Part shown: positions 38,150 through 51,561 of the stretch, in pieces
Layout: every line of letters begins with the position of its first letter
How positions within the stretch are numbered: the stretch's first letter is position 1
From: Basidiobolus meristosporus CBS 931.73
Lineage: Eukaryota > Fungi > Basidiobolomycota
Length of the DNA: 64,000 nucleotides
Assembly (NCBI GenBank): GCA_002104905.1
Contig: MCFE01000409.1
Coordinates: forward strand, 1 to 64,000
Reading direction: 5' to 3'
The notes under the pieces: generated by a model
What the model saw: the letters and a program-made list of their open reading frames with translations, nothing else
Told to the model about the DNA's origin: nothing
Databases searched by the model: none
Made by a program: the position numbers and the translations under genes

Positions 38150-39200
38150 GATATCAGTAATGATGGCTTTGGGGATTTACTGCTGCTTCTTGCTAAAATT
38201 GTGCAGGGATGCAACTTACCATGTACAGAATATAAATGGACAACAGTCATGTGGCTGGCAGCATATGAACCAAAGACTCTCCTGATATCTGCAAGTGTTG
38301 AATGTTACGCAGCATTTACATCAGAAAATGCTGCCACTGTAGGGTATCCAACTTGTCAGGATTGACCACTATTGGGGGAAACATTGCTCATACTCAAGAT
38401 ATACTCCATTAGTACCCCATCTAAAGAAGCTCATGCAGTCCAACAAATTTTGTGAAGTTATATTGTGTCTCACTCAGTATTAATCAAGCACAAACATATA
38501 CAATAATACAATGGCAAACATTACAAACAGCTATGAAGTAAGGGCTACTTTAAAGGTATCGGACCATACCTGTGCCTTGGCATTTGATGGATTCTGATTA
38601 AACAAGTAATCTACCATCAAATCCTTCTAGCCACTGATGTTCATCAACCTGAAGCTGCTGCCTCTCTTGTGGTATTGGAGCAGAAAGCTGATGGTAGTCT
38701 CACTGGTATCTGGAAGTAAACCACTGCCTAACCTGGATAGCTACCTATATCCATTCCTGGATGCATTTTGTATGCATTTGAGTAGAGTAACAGTAAATGG
38801 CCATTGTGTCAATGCACATATTATTATCTACATTGAAACTACCCCAGCCATCAGCAAGATAGCCAGCTTTTCAGGACACAATGGATGGTATTGCTGTCAA
38901 ATGTGTGAGATCCTGGTTACCTACTCCATAACCTACACATATTATTAATGCCTAAACACCAATGCTAAGAATTTCATGTTTCCAAAGAGAGAATTTACAG
39001 TTGTCAGCATGTAACTGCAGCAAAGTAGGCAAGCTATAAGTCATTGGCTGGAATATGAAATTAATCAGAAATTGGAGTTTTGCAACATAGCAGGTATCTA
39101 TTGGAGCAAAAACTCTTCACTGAGAGCAATGAATTTGCTTTTTGACAATATCCCTATTCTGATGACCAAGTGGTACATAAGGTGTTTCAACCTAAATAAG
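38150..39200 (+). pseudogene. Tnp2-type transposase remnant, divergent from the partner ORF at 31.4-32.7 kb
   Basis: AFDGF, PLMFINL..LMVVSLVSGSKP..DSYLYPFLD, TTPAISKIASFSGHNGWYCC. Confidence 0.8.
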
Positions 39201-40133
39201 CCCTATGAAAAGTAGTTTGGTCCTGCAGGAGGATCCAATCTGCATCAGCCCTTAAAATCCCAAGAGGAAACTGCTTTATATGTACAAGCTTGAAATTAAT
39301 GACCATCTACACAATCTTATGCCAGGATTACAACAGCACTTGGCAAACTTTACAGCCAAGTAAAGTTAAAAAATATAATGCTATATGTATACTATTTTGC
39401 CAAGACATGCTAGCACTGTTGCAGACTTAGTGCACACCACAACTATATGAGTGGATCTAGCTGGCCACTACATCCAATTGCCTGCTATGCCAAATATTTA
39501 ATGGTGTTTTGACAGCCTCATTGTGGGCCTCTGATGGTATTATTTTGGTGGTATGGCAACCTACATCTAGATATATATGATGCTACTGTTTCAATTTACC
39601 AAATGGTATTACCTTTTTCAACTTCCCCTTGCCCAATTTATATATTCCACTGTAGAATATCACTCTTTATTTGCTTACCCACTACTACCTTTTAGTATTC
39701 CTTGGACAGTTCAAATCAAAAAATACCATAGCCTCCTGCTTACCTCCACAAAAATGCACAGCTGCCACAACTGACATACTGCTATCACCTCAACTTTATG
39801 TCTTTTTAGTGTGATACTTGAAAAGTTGCCATATACCTGGCATTGCTGGTAACGTACATATCTTGCAAACATATGCATTGTTGCTGCAACTTCTGCCATG
39901 AGTACCTCCTGAATATCTGCAAAAAACCTTTTGGTATTTTGCCAATATATTCCTTCTCCCTGCTGGATTCTAGTCCCCCATATAGGTGTGCTCTGGCTCT
40001 TGTTTGTGTGAATTTTGTATTGAATAGTGTAGAAATTGGCTTGTGACCAAGAGAACACTGACATACTTTAGTAGAGTTTTCCTAATAAAATTAGTGCTTG
40101 TTGCACTCAGCCTAACTCTGAGTTACCTAACTA

Positions 40134-40503
40134 TGTTGCAATTTAAGAGGTGATTTGGATATATGGAACTTATCAAGATATAGTGATATTAGTTGAACTG
40201 TTGTTTATTCATAAAGAGAATCAGTATTTATACCTTTGTTGAAGTAAAACAGCTGTAACACCAAGTAAGGAGGGTTTCTTAACAATCAGGAGTATTCAAT
40301 AACAGTTTCAGGGTTAGTACATAATGTTTGGTAAAAAGTGTTAATTTGATCTTCACTATAGGGGAATAATCATAGGATTGTAGATGTGAAGAAACTGGCA
40401 AAGTTGAGGCTGCAAATAAGTTCTACAGTGACCAAGATTAGTCTAGAATTGCTAAGTAAATTTTCAGCTGCTCAATGATACCAAGTAGTCCAGTATTTCA
40501 ACA
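40134..40503 (-). repeat. Solo LTR of copia family 2
   Basis: Reverse complement of the 33171-33539 LTR; 370 bp; TSD AACTA/AACTG. Confidence 0.88.
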
Positions 40504-41973
40504 AACTGAGTACCCATGCATTGGGGCTGCTTAGCTTCTTAATGCCATAGACCAAGCTGTCTTCCTGTACACATCTGTCTGCAGTATTTTCCAACTCTTC
40601 CAGGCTGTCCTCCATGTGCCAACTCATCACATCCATGACTTGAAAATAATATTATTGATGAGATTGGGATATGGTAGTACCTGCAACTTGACTTGTCTTC
40701 CTTTCTTCCCACACATCCACTCTAAAGGAAACTTCCAATAGGTGAAGCAAGGTCCAATATTCTCAACACACCTAGCAAGATCAAGTAGCAAATGGATACA
40801 GTTGTGGCAGAGATCTCTGCAATCAGCTTTATGTTTGTAGTAGAGTCACTCAAATCCCACCACAAACTCTTTGCAGAAAAGCTGTAGGTGTGTCAAGTTG
40901 GCATTGGTGATATGCTTTGGGATAGATATTTCTACTATGTCCACATATGACTCCCTATGCTTCCAAGGTACTCTTAGTAGAAATGTCTTCCAGAAGCCAC
41001 TTGAGTAAATAAATAAGCAGATCATCCTGTCTGTGCACTTGAATTATTGCATATGTGTATGCATGTTGATTGGAGTGCATGAGAAGTACTTAGGGTAGCA
41101 GATACTCCGTAATATCTTGCTAATTCTTTGAAATTTCTCAGGCATCTCAATAGGCTCATTTTGCTTGAAATGCTCCATGTACAACTTGGTCATAGTACTA
41201 GGATATTGTTGAAAAGCAAACACATTATTCTCAGCAAAAAGCTTTTGCTTCAACAGATACCCTCCATCTTTAATATCTCTGGTTTCCTATTGATTCCATA
41301 TTTCAGCCAATGGCTTGGAGCTTGCCAACTTTGCTGCAATTGTATACTTCTGTATGTTTTCTCTGTGGAAGGATGATGTGTCTATTACTGATTTTGGGAA
41401 ATAGTAATGTGTCAGGTATGCAGTAAGCTCCATGGATCTTGCACATTTGACAGCAATACTGCCCATTGTGCCCAGTAAAGCCAGCTATCTTGATGATGGT
41501 TGGAGTATTACCAATGCAGATAATAATATGTGCCTTAATACAATGGCTGTATACTGTTTTCCCAATTAAAAGCATATAGACTCATCCAGCAATGAATACA
41601 GGTAGCTATCCAAGTTGGGCAGTGATTCAGGCCCAGATACCAGTGAGACTACAATCAGATTTCTGCTCCACTATAATAAAATCCCTATAAGAAATTATTT
41701 TGATGATCCCATAAAAAGGCTGTCACAAGTTTAAAGTCCCATGAGTAAGAGGTACTGATCCTGTCAGAACACTGTGCATAGACCATTGAGAAATAATTTC
41801 ACCCCAGATTTCACAAAAAAACTTACGCAAAATTTTTCATCATATCAATATATTAGTGGCTTTTGATGGGTTTCATGTCAATTTGCTTACTCTATGATCC
41901 CAGACACTTGACCACCTCCTATGTTTGTGTGCACTGATTGGCTATTGCCTCTTGTTCACACTTGTTACTTACT

Positions 41974-42707
41974 AGACTTGTTCCGTTGGATAGTGCAACA
42001 TTGAGCCATGAGTGCCAAATGATGCCATAGTGTGCCAGAGAGGCCAGTTGAGCCTCTACCTGGCCACAGAGTGTGAAACATAGCTCCGCATCTTCATGCA
42101 AAGCAGCCCCTGTGTTTCACCCATTGTGTTGGAGAAAATCCATTTTTTGACCTTTTTTTTTGGATCAATGTTGTGCAGGATGTATTAGAGCACAAGCAGA
42201 TTGAAGATATGCATCTGGTACTCAATACCCATGGCACTCTGAATCTAGCTCCTGTAGCTTGTATCATGTCACAAAAATGAATGGCACTATCTTGGTCCAC
42301 TGGTTCTATCTGGCACTATATTTAAATATTAGCCCTAAAGTAAGATCTATATAAAGCACTTATAGTGCGAGATAGAACCAGTGGACCAAGATAGTGCCAT
42401 TCATTTTTGTGGCATGATACAAGCTACAGGAGCTAGATTCAGAGTGCCATGGGTATTGAGTACCAGATGCATATCTTCAGTTCTCCTGTGCTCTTACACA
42501 TCCTGAGCTACATTGATCCACAAAAAAAGGTTGAAAAATGGATTTTCTCCTGCGCAATGGGTGAAACAAAGGGGCTGCTTTACATGAAGATGCAGAGCTA
42601 TGTTTCACACTCTGTGGCCAAGTATAGGCTCACTTGATCTCTCTGGCACACTATGGCATCAATTGGCACTCATGGCTCAATGTGGCACTATCCAAAGGAA
42701 CAAGTCT
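41974..42707. mobile_element. 734-bp foldback MITE, copy 2 (opposite orientation to copy 1)
   Basis: Same ends and length as 3469-4202; loop is the reverse complement; 3-bp TSD ACT at 41971-41973 and 42708-42710. Confidence 0.93.
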
Positions 42708-42754
42708 ACTGACTCAACCATTTCTCTTACTTTTTATGTGTACATATTAATTTA

Positions 42755-45700
42755 TTTTCATTAACACTTCAGTTGTGCCTCAATTGCCAATTGCTTTGAC
42801 CTACACAAGTCCCTATACCCTACACCAGCATCAAGTCAAACCTCACCATTAACAAGTAACTCTGTTAAAATCCACCACTCAATAAGTATTTCTGCAGTAG
42901 CACTCTGTTTTCATGACTCCAGCAGGAACCCAACAGCTTTATGCCACTGTTCATTCACTAGTTCCCACACATCCTGGCCTTCAGCTGGCACTGCAAGGTC
43001 TTGCACCTCATCTGCCAGCCTTTGCAATGAATCCTTACAATATTTAAGTGCATTTTCTTGAGCACTGCTCTTGAACAGGTGCTGCAGCCTCTTGGTGTGC
43101 CTATTAATGTTCCAAAATTCCACTGAAAGCATTGTGATAGTCTTTAGAGTTCTTGATGTTGTAGCCCTGTCTGTCAGTAGGATCTCCACTCTGTCAAGAA
43201 TGGTGAATATTGAGGCTGTGGTAGACAAATTGCCTTTTTTTTGTAAACTCATGTACCTTGCTGGAGAGTAGTTTGACTTCCTGTGCTGTGGTGGGGTCAC
43301 AGTGACACCCACTGACAGATGTGCTCATTCACATATTTTCTACTTCCCTATATCTCTACTACACTTATTTTAGTTTTATCCCACTTGTCTTACCTGATCA
43401 GTACTATCCCATAAGCTGGTTGACTATCACATCTACTTACCTTATTGTATAAGTTATCCCTCACTTTATGTAAGATTACTAGCTGTAAGTGCTTCTATAT
43501 TAAGCAAGTACCCACGCCAGTACCTGTGACATATGATCAACCCGTGTCACCATCCCTATCATTTTTGCACAATGTATGTTATCCGTATGTTACACAAGTT
43601 TCATAATACTAATTCCTGATTGGTTGGATGTGCTGTGCCTCTTAGAACCTTCTGGCACCTACTTAGAATACTCTTAGCTCATTCCAATGTCATCAGGATT
43701 TTTATTGATATCCGGACCTTCAGGAATACCATGATTAGTAATTACTTAGTCAGTAAGAAGAGTATATAAAGGACACCATCCCTCAACAATAAATTATCAT
43801 CCCTTTTATCAATATACCAACTTGTTGATTAGTGTGATCACTGCTACCTGAACTTCCAACCCCAGCCCACAGGACACTCCCAGGAAACCATGCTGACAGC
43901 CAACTGACCTTAGAGGCACTACTTGTAAGGAATACTCTAAGTAGGTATCTTTTATTATATCTGATTCCTTCCCAACTTTGTTCTTGTACAGGCAAAGATA
44001 CCTTTCTGTCTTTGTAACTATTGGCCACAGCTGCATTCTTATCAAGTCCCTGCTGGTGAAGTTTACAGTTGTTTTGACTTTGGAAGCTTTAGTACATTGT
44101 CATCTCAAAGGATGCTGAACACAGCACATACTTTTGTTAAGACACCAACTAAGTTGGGGATTGTAGCTCAATAGCTTTCCCTTGACAAGCTTGTGGTTTT
44201 ATTTCCCTTCACATTAGATTAGAGACAGAACCCAAGTATTCCTAGCAAGCTTTTGCCAGAGGTTATTGAACCCAGTGAATGCCCCACACAGAAAACACCT
44301 GAGTAGTGTTGGATGTATCTCTCCCTTTTACTTGTACACTACCACAGCACATCCAATTCCTGTGAAAACAGCTGTTTTCTTGTTGGTAATTCTTCTTGGT
44401 TATGACGGGATTTGGTGTGTTCCAGGCTTACAGCATTAACTGGCAAGAACTGCATTTTTCTGTACACTTTCCTGTCTCAGGCTTGGGTAGACACTTCTCC
44501 CTCTGCCTTTTCCTTTATCACAGCCAGGTCTTTCACTGTTACTTTGTCTGGGTGCATCTTGTAATGAACTACATTTTCTCCTTGATAAATTCTGCTCTGA
44601 TGCATCTGTTTTGACCTTCTTGTACCTTGCTAGCACTCTCCTGACAATGTGACCTTTTTTGACCGCTTGTTTTGAGCTCCAAGCTGTAGTTGTGACTAGC
44701 TCCTCAGAAAGCCACTGGTTTTTATCAGTGCCAGCTCATTCAATGCTACTTTGACTGAGTGCTTCCTGAGTGGTACTATGCTTTCTCCTTTGTAAATGTT
44801 GTGCTGGTGCATCTATGCCTGCCTGCTTGTCTCTTATGGGCACTCTTTCAGCTAACTGATATCTCTTTGACACTTCTTTGGAGATTTTGGCCCTGCTTTT
44901 AACAGGCTCACAAGGAAGCAGCTGTTTTCTAGCCATGGTGCCCTTGTTCTTCTGCCTTTGATAGTTTCTGCTGCTCTCAATATACTTTCTTAGTATTCCA
45001 ATGCTGGCCCAAAATCTGTTTGCCCATTTGAATCCAGGATAATGCACATGGAGCAAGTCAAGTGCATTTTGCTTGGCCTTGAGTTCCTGACAGTCCCATG
45101 GGATGCTGGCCATAAGGTGAAGGCATGCCATACTTCTGGCAGCCTCTTGAATATTAGCCTACTCTTTATTAATGCACTCAACTGCATTACAGATCTTCAT
45201 GTCTATTGATCATTAGGCTTTGATATAAGCACTGCATTGTCTCCCACCCATGCTGTGGTAGGTTTTTCTGTGGGCTTTATCATTGGGCATGGCTGTTAGC
45301 TTCAAAGACTCTTTGTTGTTCCTCTGTTGTTACATTGGGAAATGGATCAATTCTTGGCTGTGACATTGAGCTACTTGAGTTCCTTCCTTACAGCACAGAT
45401 ACTGCTTTCTCTACCTGGGATATTGATTGCTCTGCACATATTTTCTGCTCATACGTTTTCAGGACTAACTTCTAATTTCTCTGGGCCAGTGCATCTATCT
45501 CATTAACCACTGCACCTAATTGCTTCATTAATGCTTTGGAATGAGCTGACAACATACTTACTAATATGGGTGGTGGTGATGTTTTTATGGCCACATGCTG
45601 GTCTTTAACTGAAGGTACTGCACTTGCCACACTCACATCTGCCTGAGCATTATGGTCTGCTTGCAGCTCCACAGAAGCTCTCAGGTGCCTACTTGACAGA

Positions 45701-45882
45701 AAGCCTGAGGAGTCTGCATTGTTACCTTCAGTGAGCACACTGTTAACTTGGTCTTTTTTGGATATAGCCCTGCTTGTGGCACTGAATGTCAAAGCAAGCT
45801 GTTGTCCAGCCATTCTTCTGCTGCTGTCAGCAGTGAGGCTTGGTTGGGAATCAGACAACTTTGCTTTATTCTTTGGTGGCAT
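42755..45882 (-). pseudogene. Most complete partner ORF copy (interrupted by a solo LTR, stops and frameshifts)
   Basis: MPPKNKAKLSDSQPS start at 45882; WDCQELKAKQNALDLLHVHYPGFKWANRFWASIGILRKY; repeat module; C-terminal LADEVQDLAVPAEGQDVWELVNEQW. Confidence 0.75.
43287..44346 (+). repeat. Solo LTR (1060 bp) of the long-LTR gypsy-like family
   Basis: TGTGGTG..CTACCACA; homologous to 22443-23508; flanks GTGC/GCAC, read as a 4-bp TSD derived from GCGC. Confidence 0.85.
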
Positions 45883-46559
45883 ACATATGGAAGTGAGTCA
45901 AGCCAAAGGGGAAATAGTGATACATACAAGTGGGTATGTGGTAACACAACTTTGTTTACAATGCTTGTGATGGAGGGTCATCATTGAATTCTACATTCAT
46001 GTAGGTGCAATGTCTCAAATACAAGACTGCCTTAAATTTATATGAGTACTGACCAAACAGTGATTTAACAGCATTACATTTTAAAAGGCCAAACTGTTTG
46101 CCCTATGGACAAGACTACTTTGACTTAACACTGGAAGAGAAGATAAAAAAGATCATATGGCTATTGTAGCAAGCCTTTCAGCTATGAAGCACACAGACAG
46201 CTTTGAAAGTATTACAAGGTCCATGGCCAGTGTTTTGCAGTACAAGTCATATTTGACCATTCATCAGCACTACTATACCAACATTATGTTGCTGACCTGT
46301 TGATACTTTTATATTGGCACCTGGCAATCTTTGTAACCTTGCACAAAAAGAGTCTGGTGAGTTTGTGATGCCTTTAGGCTCACCTCAGCCTTCTGATTAT
46401 AGCATGCAGATTTATATCTCACTGATGGATTGAGAGCCTATTTCCCCTAACAGCAGTATTATACATAAGCCCAGTCAAATCCCAATAGGTAATGTGACAA
46501 CACCTATGGGAACAAGGACAAAGGGTACTTTATGGAGCCAAGTAAGCCCAGTAATCCAT

Positions 46560-48990
46560 CTACTGGTGGATGATGTAATGTTGTGGCTAGAGAAGTAGCA
46601 CTATTCCACTAATATCCATAATGGGGGCTTCAAAGATTTACAACTACTTCTTGCCAAAATCATTCCGGGATGCAACTTACCATGTAGATGGTGCAAGTGG
46701 ACAACTGCCATGTGTCTGGCATCATATGACCCGGAGACTGTCCTGATTCCAGCATGTGTTAACAGTTGCATGGCATTCACATCCAAAAATGCCACCATTG
46801 CAATGTGACCAATTTGTCCAGAATTCACCACAATTGGGGGAAAACATTGTTCACACTCCAGATATATTCTGGTAATATGCCAACCAAAGAAGATGATGCA
46901 GTTCAACAAATACTGTGAAGCTATACAGTACTGCACTCAATGTCAATTAAGTGCAAACATATACAGAATATTTGATGGCACACATTAAAACAGCTAAGAA
47001 AATACATGTACATTATTATTACCCATGCACAAACACTAACAACATCATCTTCCTACAAAGAGAACATACAGAAGCCAGCATGCTATTGCAGCAAAGTTGT
47101 CAAGCTATAAGACATTGGCCAGAATATGGAATCAACTGGAAAACAGAGACACTTAGATAGAGGGGATTGGTTAGAGCAAAAGCTTTCCACTAGGAGCAAT
47201 GCATTTGCTTTTCACAATATCCCTATACTAGTGGCTAAGGTGTACATGAGGCATTTCAAGCTAAATGTGCCCTTCAAGATACCAGAGAAATTTGAGGGAA
47301 CTGGCAAGATTTTACAAAGTATCCACTACCCTAGGTACTCCTCACGGGCTCCAATCATTATGCATATGCATATGCAACTATACAAATGCAAAAACTGGGT
47401 GAGCTGGCTATTTATTTATTCAAGTGGCATTGTGAAGCCATTCCTACTAAGTGTACAGTGGAAGCACTGGGAGTTGTATGTGGACATTGTAGGAATATTT
47501 ATCCTGAAGTGAAATGCCAATGCCAACTTGGCACACCTACATCTGTTGTGTAAGGAGTTTGTAACAGGATTTGAGCAGCAATACTACAAACATAAAGCTG
47601 AATGTGTAAATATCTGCCACTACTGTACCCACTCTCTACTCCATCTTGCTTGGTGAGTGCAGAATATTGGGCCTTGCTTCACCTTTTGGGTGTTTCCTAT
47701 GGAGCAGATGCATGGAGAGACAGGAAGATAAGTCAAGTTGCAGGTACTACCATATCCCAATCTCATCAATAATATGACCTTCAAGTCCATCATTAATGAG
47801 ATGAGTTGGCAGATGGAGGACAGCCAGGAGGAGCTGGAAAATGCTGAGAACAGATGTGCACATAGAGACAACTATGCCTATGGCATTAAGAAGCTAAGTA
47901 GCCCCAATGCATGGGTAATCAGTTAAGTAATGCAAAGTTGGTTTGGGTGCAACAAGTAACTCATTTTTATTAGTAAGTCTATGCCAAAGTATGCCAGGTT
48001 TCTCTTGGTCACAAGCCAGCTTCTACACCATTCAATACAGAATTCACACAAACAAGAGCCAGAGTGCACCTATAAGGGGGACTAGAATCTAGCAAGGAGA
48101 AGGAATATATTGGTTAAATACCAATAAGCTATTTGTGGATATTCAGGAGGTATTTGTGGTAGAAGTGGCAACAACCAAGCATTTGTTTGCAAGATGTACA
48201 TGTTACCAGCTGTACAAGGTATATAGCAGCTTTGCAAGTATCACACTAAAAAGCTTTGGATTTGAGTGACTCTACTACAAACATAAAGCTGATTGCAGAG
48301 ATCTCTGCCACAACTGTATCCATTTGCTACTTGATCTTGCTAGGTGTGTTGAGAATATTGGACCTTGCTTCACCTATTGGAAGTTTCCTTTAGAGTGGAT
48401 GTGTGGGGAGATAGGAAGACAAGTTAAGTTGCAGGTACTACCATATCCCAATCTCATCAAGAACATTACCTTCAAGTCTGTCATGGATGTGATGAGTTGG
48501 CACATGGACAACAGCCAGAAAGAGTTGGAAAATACTGAGGAAAAATGTGCACATGGAGACACCTATGCCTATGGCATTAAGAAGCTAAGCAGCCCCAATG
48601 CATGGGTAAACAGTGAAGTAATACAAAGTTGGGTTGGGGGAAACAAGCAACTAATTTTTATCAAGAAAACTCCACCAAGATATGCCAGATTTCTTGTGGT
48701 CACAAGCCAACTTCTACACCATTCAATACAGAGTTCACACAAACAAAAGCCAGAGCGCACCTATAAGGGGGACTAGAATCCAGCACAGAGAAGGAATATA
48801 TTGGCTAAATACCAAGAAGTTCTTTGCGGATATTCAGGAGGTATTCATGGCAGAAGTGGGAACAACCAAGCATATGTTTGCAAGATGTATATGCCACCAG
48901 CAGTACAAGGTATTTGGCAACTTTGCAAGTATCACACTAAAAAGTCATAAAGTTGAGGTGATAGAAGTATGTTAATTGTGGCAGGTGTGC
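46560..48990 (+). pseudogene. Tnp2-type transposase remnant with an internal deletion (~46.98 kb) and a ~0.66-0.7 kb tandem duplication of the C-terminal region
   Basis: SYDPETVLIPACVNSCMAFTSKNA; segment YKHKA..QVLPYPNL..SITLK present twice (~47590-48253 and 48258-48960). Confidence 0.8.
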
Positions 48991-51561
48991 ACATTTGTAG
49001 AGGTTAGCAAGCAGGAGGCCATGGTTTTTTTTTATTTGAACTATATGAAATACCCAGGACTGTAGTGGGTAAGCAAATAAAGAGGGGTGATTTAACAATG
49101 GAATATACAAGTCGCATGAGGGGAGGTAGAATCAGGAAATACCACTTGGTAAATTGGTACTGTAGGATGGCACAGAACTAGCTGTAGGCTGCAATACTGC
49201 CGTAATAATGCCATTGTAGACTTGCAATGAGGCCATCTAAACACCTTCAGGTTTTTTGTCATATAAGGCACAGGATGTACTGGCCAGTTAGATCCACTTA
49301 AAATAATTGTAGAGCGCATTAAGACCACAATAATGTCATGCAATTATTGCTACAGCACCAATTAAACCCCACCAAGTTGTTGAACCTTACTAGGAAGTAA
49401 AATTAGCTAAATGCTGTTGCAACCCTATTATAAGATTGTGAAGAGGGTCACTAATTCCAAGCTGCTGGTTTTATGATGGTCTTCAAACTGGATCCTGATG
49501 GCTAATATGGATTGGATCCACCTGCAGGACCAAGTTATTTTTCATAGGGAATAGCCCTTGCTTCTTAGCTGTTTGTAATGTTTGCCTTGAAATATATTGT
49601 ATATATTTGTGCTTAATTAGTACTGACTGTGGTACTTTATAGCTTCACAGTACTGGTTGAACTGTGTGATCTTCTTTAGTGAGCATATTACCTGAATATA
49701 TCTGGAGTGTGAATAATGTTTTCCCCCAATGGTGGTTGATTCCAGACAATTTGGACACATTTCAATGGTGGCATTTTCTGATGTGAATGCAATGCAACTG
49801 TTAACACATGCTGGTATCAGGACAGTCTCTGGGCCATAGGTTGCCAGCTGCATCATAGTTGTCCATTTGTATAATATATAAGGTAAGTAACATACCAGCA
49901 TGATTTTGGCAAGATGTAGTAGTAAATCCTCAAAGCCCACATTACTGCTATTAGTGGAAAAAGAGCACTTCTATAATCACAACAGCAATCCCCCACCAGT
50001 AGATGGATTACTAGGCTTACTTGACTCCATAAAGTATCCTTGGCATTTTTTTTCATGGGTGTTGTGTCATTGCATAATAGGATTTTACCAGGCTCATGCA
50101 GGGTACTGTTGTTAGGGAAGATAGGCTCACAATCCATCAGTGAGCCTACTTCTTCAGAGTTATCATTTAGTGTGCCATATACAGAATGGCTGGGGTAAAT
50201 CTAAAGGCATCACACACTTGCCTGACTCAGTTTACGCAAGGTGACAAGTGCTACTAGGTGCTGTTATAGAGGTATCAAGTGGCAAGCAATATATTGTTGG
50301 TACAGTAGTGACCAGTGAATGGTCAAGTATGACTTGTGTGGCAAAACACTGGCTGTGATCCTTGTAATACTTCTTATACTGACTGCATGCTTCATGGCTG
50401 AGAGCCTTGCTACAATAGCCATATAGTCTTTTTTCTCTTCTCTTACAGTGTTGAGTCAAAGTAGTCTTGTCCATGGGGCAAACAGTTTGACCTTCAACAA
50501 CGTAATGCTATTATATCACTATTTTGCCAAAACTCATGTGAGCTTAAGACAGTCCAGTATTTGAGACATTACACCTACATGAATGTAAGATTTAATGATG
50601 ACCTGCCATAGTAAGCATTATATATAAAGTTGTGGCACCACATACACATGTATATGTAATACTAGTTCCCCTTTGGTTTGACTCACTTCCATATATATGC
50701 CACTAAAAAATAAAGCAACGTTGTCTGGTTCTCAACCAAACCCCACTGCTGACGGCAACAGAAGAACAGTTGGACAACAGCTTGCTTTGACATTCAGTGC
50801 AACAAGCAGGGCTACATCCAAAGAAGGCCCTGTGGACAGTGTGCTCATTGAAGGTAAGAATGCAGACACCTCAGGCTCTCAGTCAAGTAGGCAATTGAGA
50901 ACCTCTGTGGTGCCACAAGCTGACCGTTATGCTCAGGCAGATAAGAATGTAGCAAATGCAGTACACTCAGTTGAAGATCAGCAAGTGGCCATGATAACAT
51001 CACCACCACCCATATTAGCAAGTATGTTGTTAGCTCATACCAAAGCATTAATGAGGCAATTAGGTGCAGTGGTTGATAATATAGATGCAATGGCCCAGAG
51101 AAATTAGGAAATAGTCCTGAAAAAGTATGAGCAAAAAATACATGCAGAGCAATCAATATCCCTGGTAGAGAAAGCAGCATCTGTGCTGCAAAGAAGACAC
51201 GGTCTTGGCATAACAAGCATGTAGAATGGGCTTAGGAAGGTCCCAAGAGCTGTTGTGTTGTATTGTGATTAGTTTGGGGCTTGCTCTACAATGTAGAGGC
51301 TAACCACCAATATACAACAACTTCCAGTATGCTAATACTGAAATAGCTTATTGGAAGTTTGATATACCAATAGAAGATATAACTTTCACTAATATCCTCA
51401 ATCTTAGGCTCAAATATACTATAGGCAGTGCTAATCACTTCTACAGCAGTGTTCTGACCTTCTGTTGACTAATGAGCTTATTTGCTTTTATAGTAACTCT
51501 TCCATATTTGGAAGTCACTATCATCTCTAAGAAAATATTTCCTAATATGGAAACTCTGAAC

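Larger units (their letters stand above)
41683..49549 (+). mobile_element. Structurally complete CCCTA-ended CACTA-like transposon (B-TIR, partner ORF on minus, transposase on plus, A-TIR)
   Basis: CCCTATAAGAAATTATT at 41683 and ...AAGTTATTTTTCATAGGG ending at 49549 face inward; flanks AAT|..|AAT; contains a MITE, a solo LTR and an internal duplication; about 5.4 kb net. Confidence 0.82.
39201..51200 (-). mobile_element. CCCTA-family host copy (A-TIR, transposase on minus, partner ORF start on plus, truncated at ~51.2 kb)
   Basis: CCCTATGAAAAGTAGTTTGGTCC at 39201; transposase 39.6-41.68 kb resumes at 49550-50050; intergenic region; MPLKNKATLS ORF at 50697. Confidence 0.72.
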
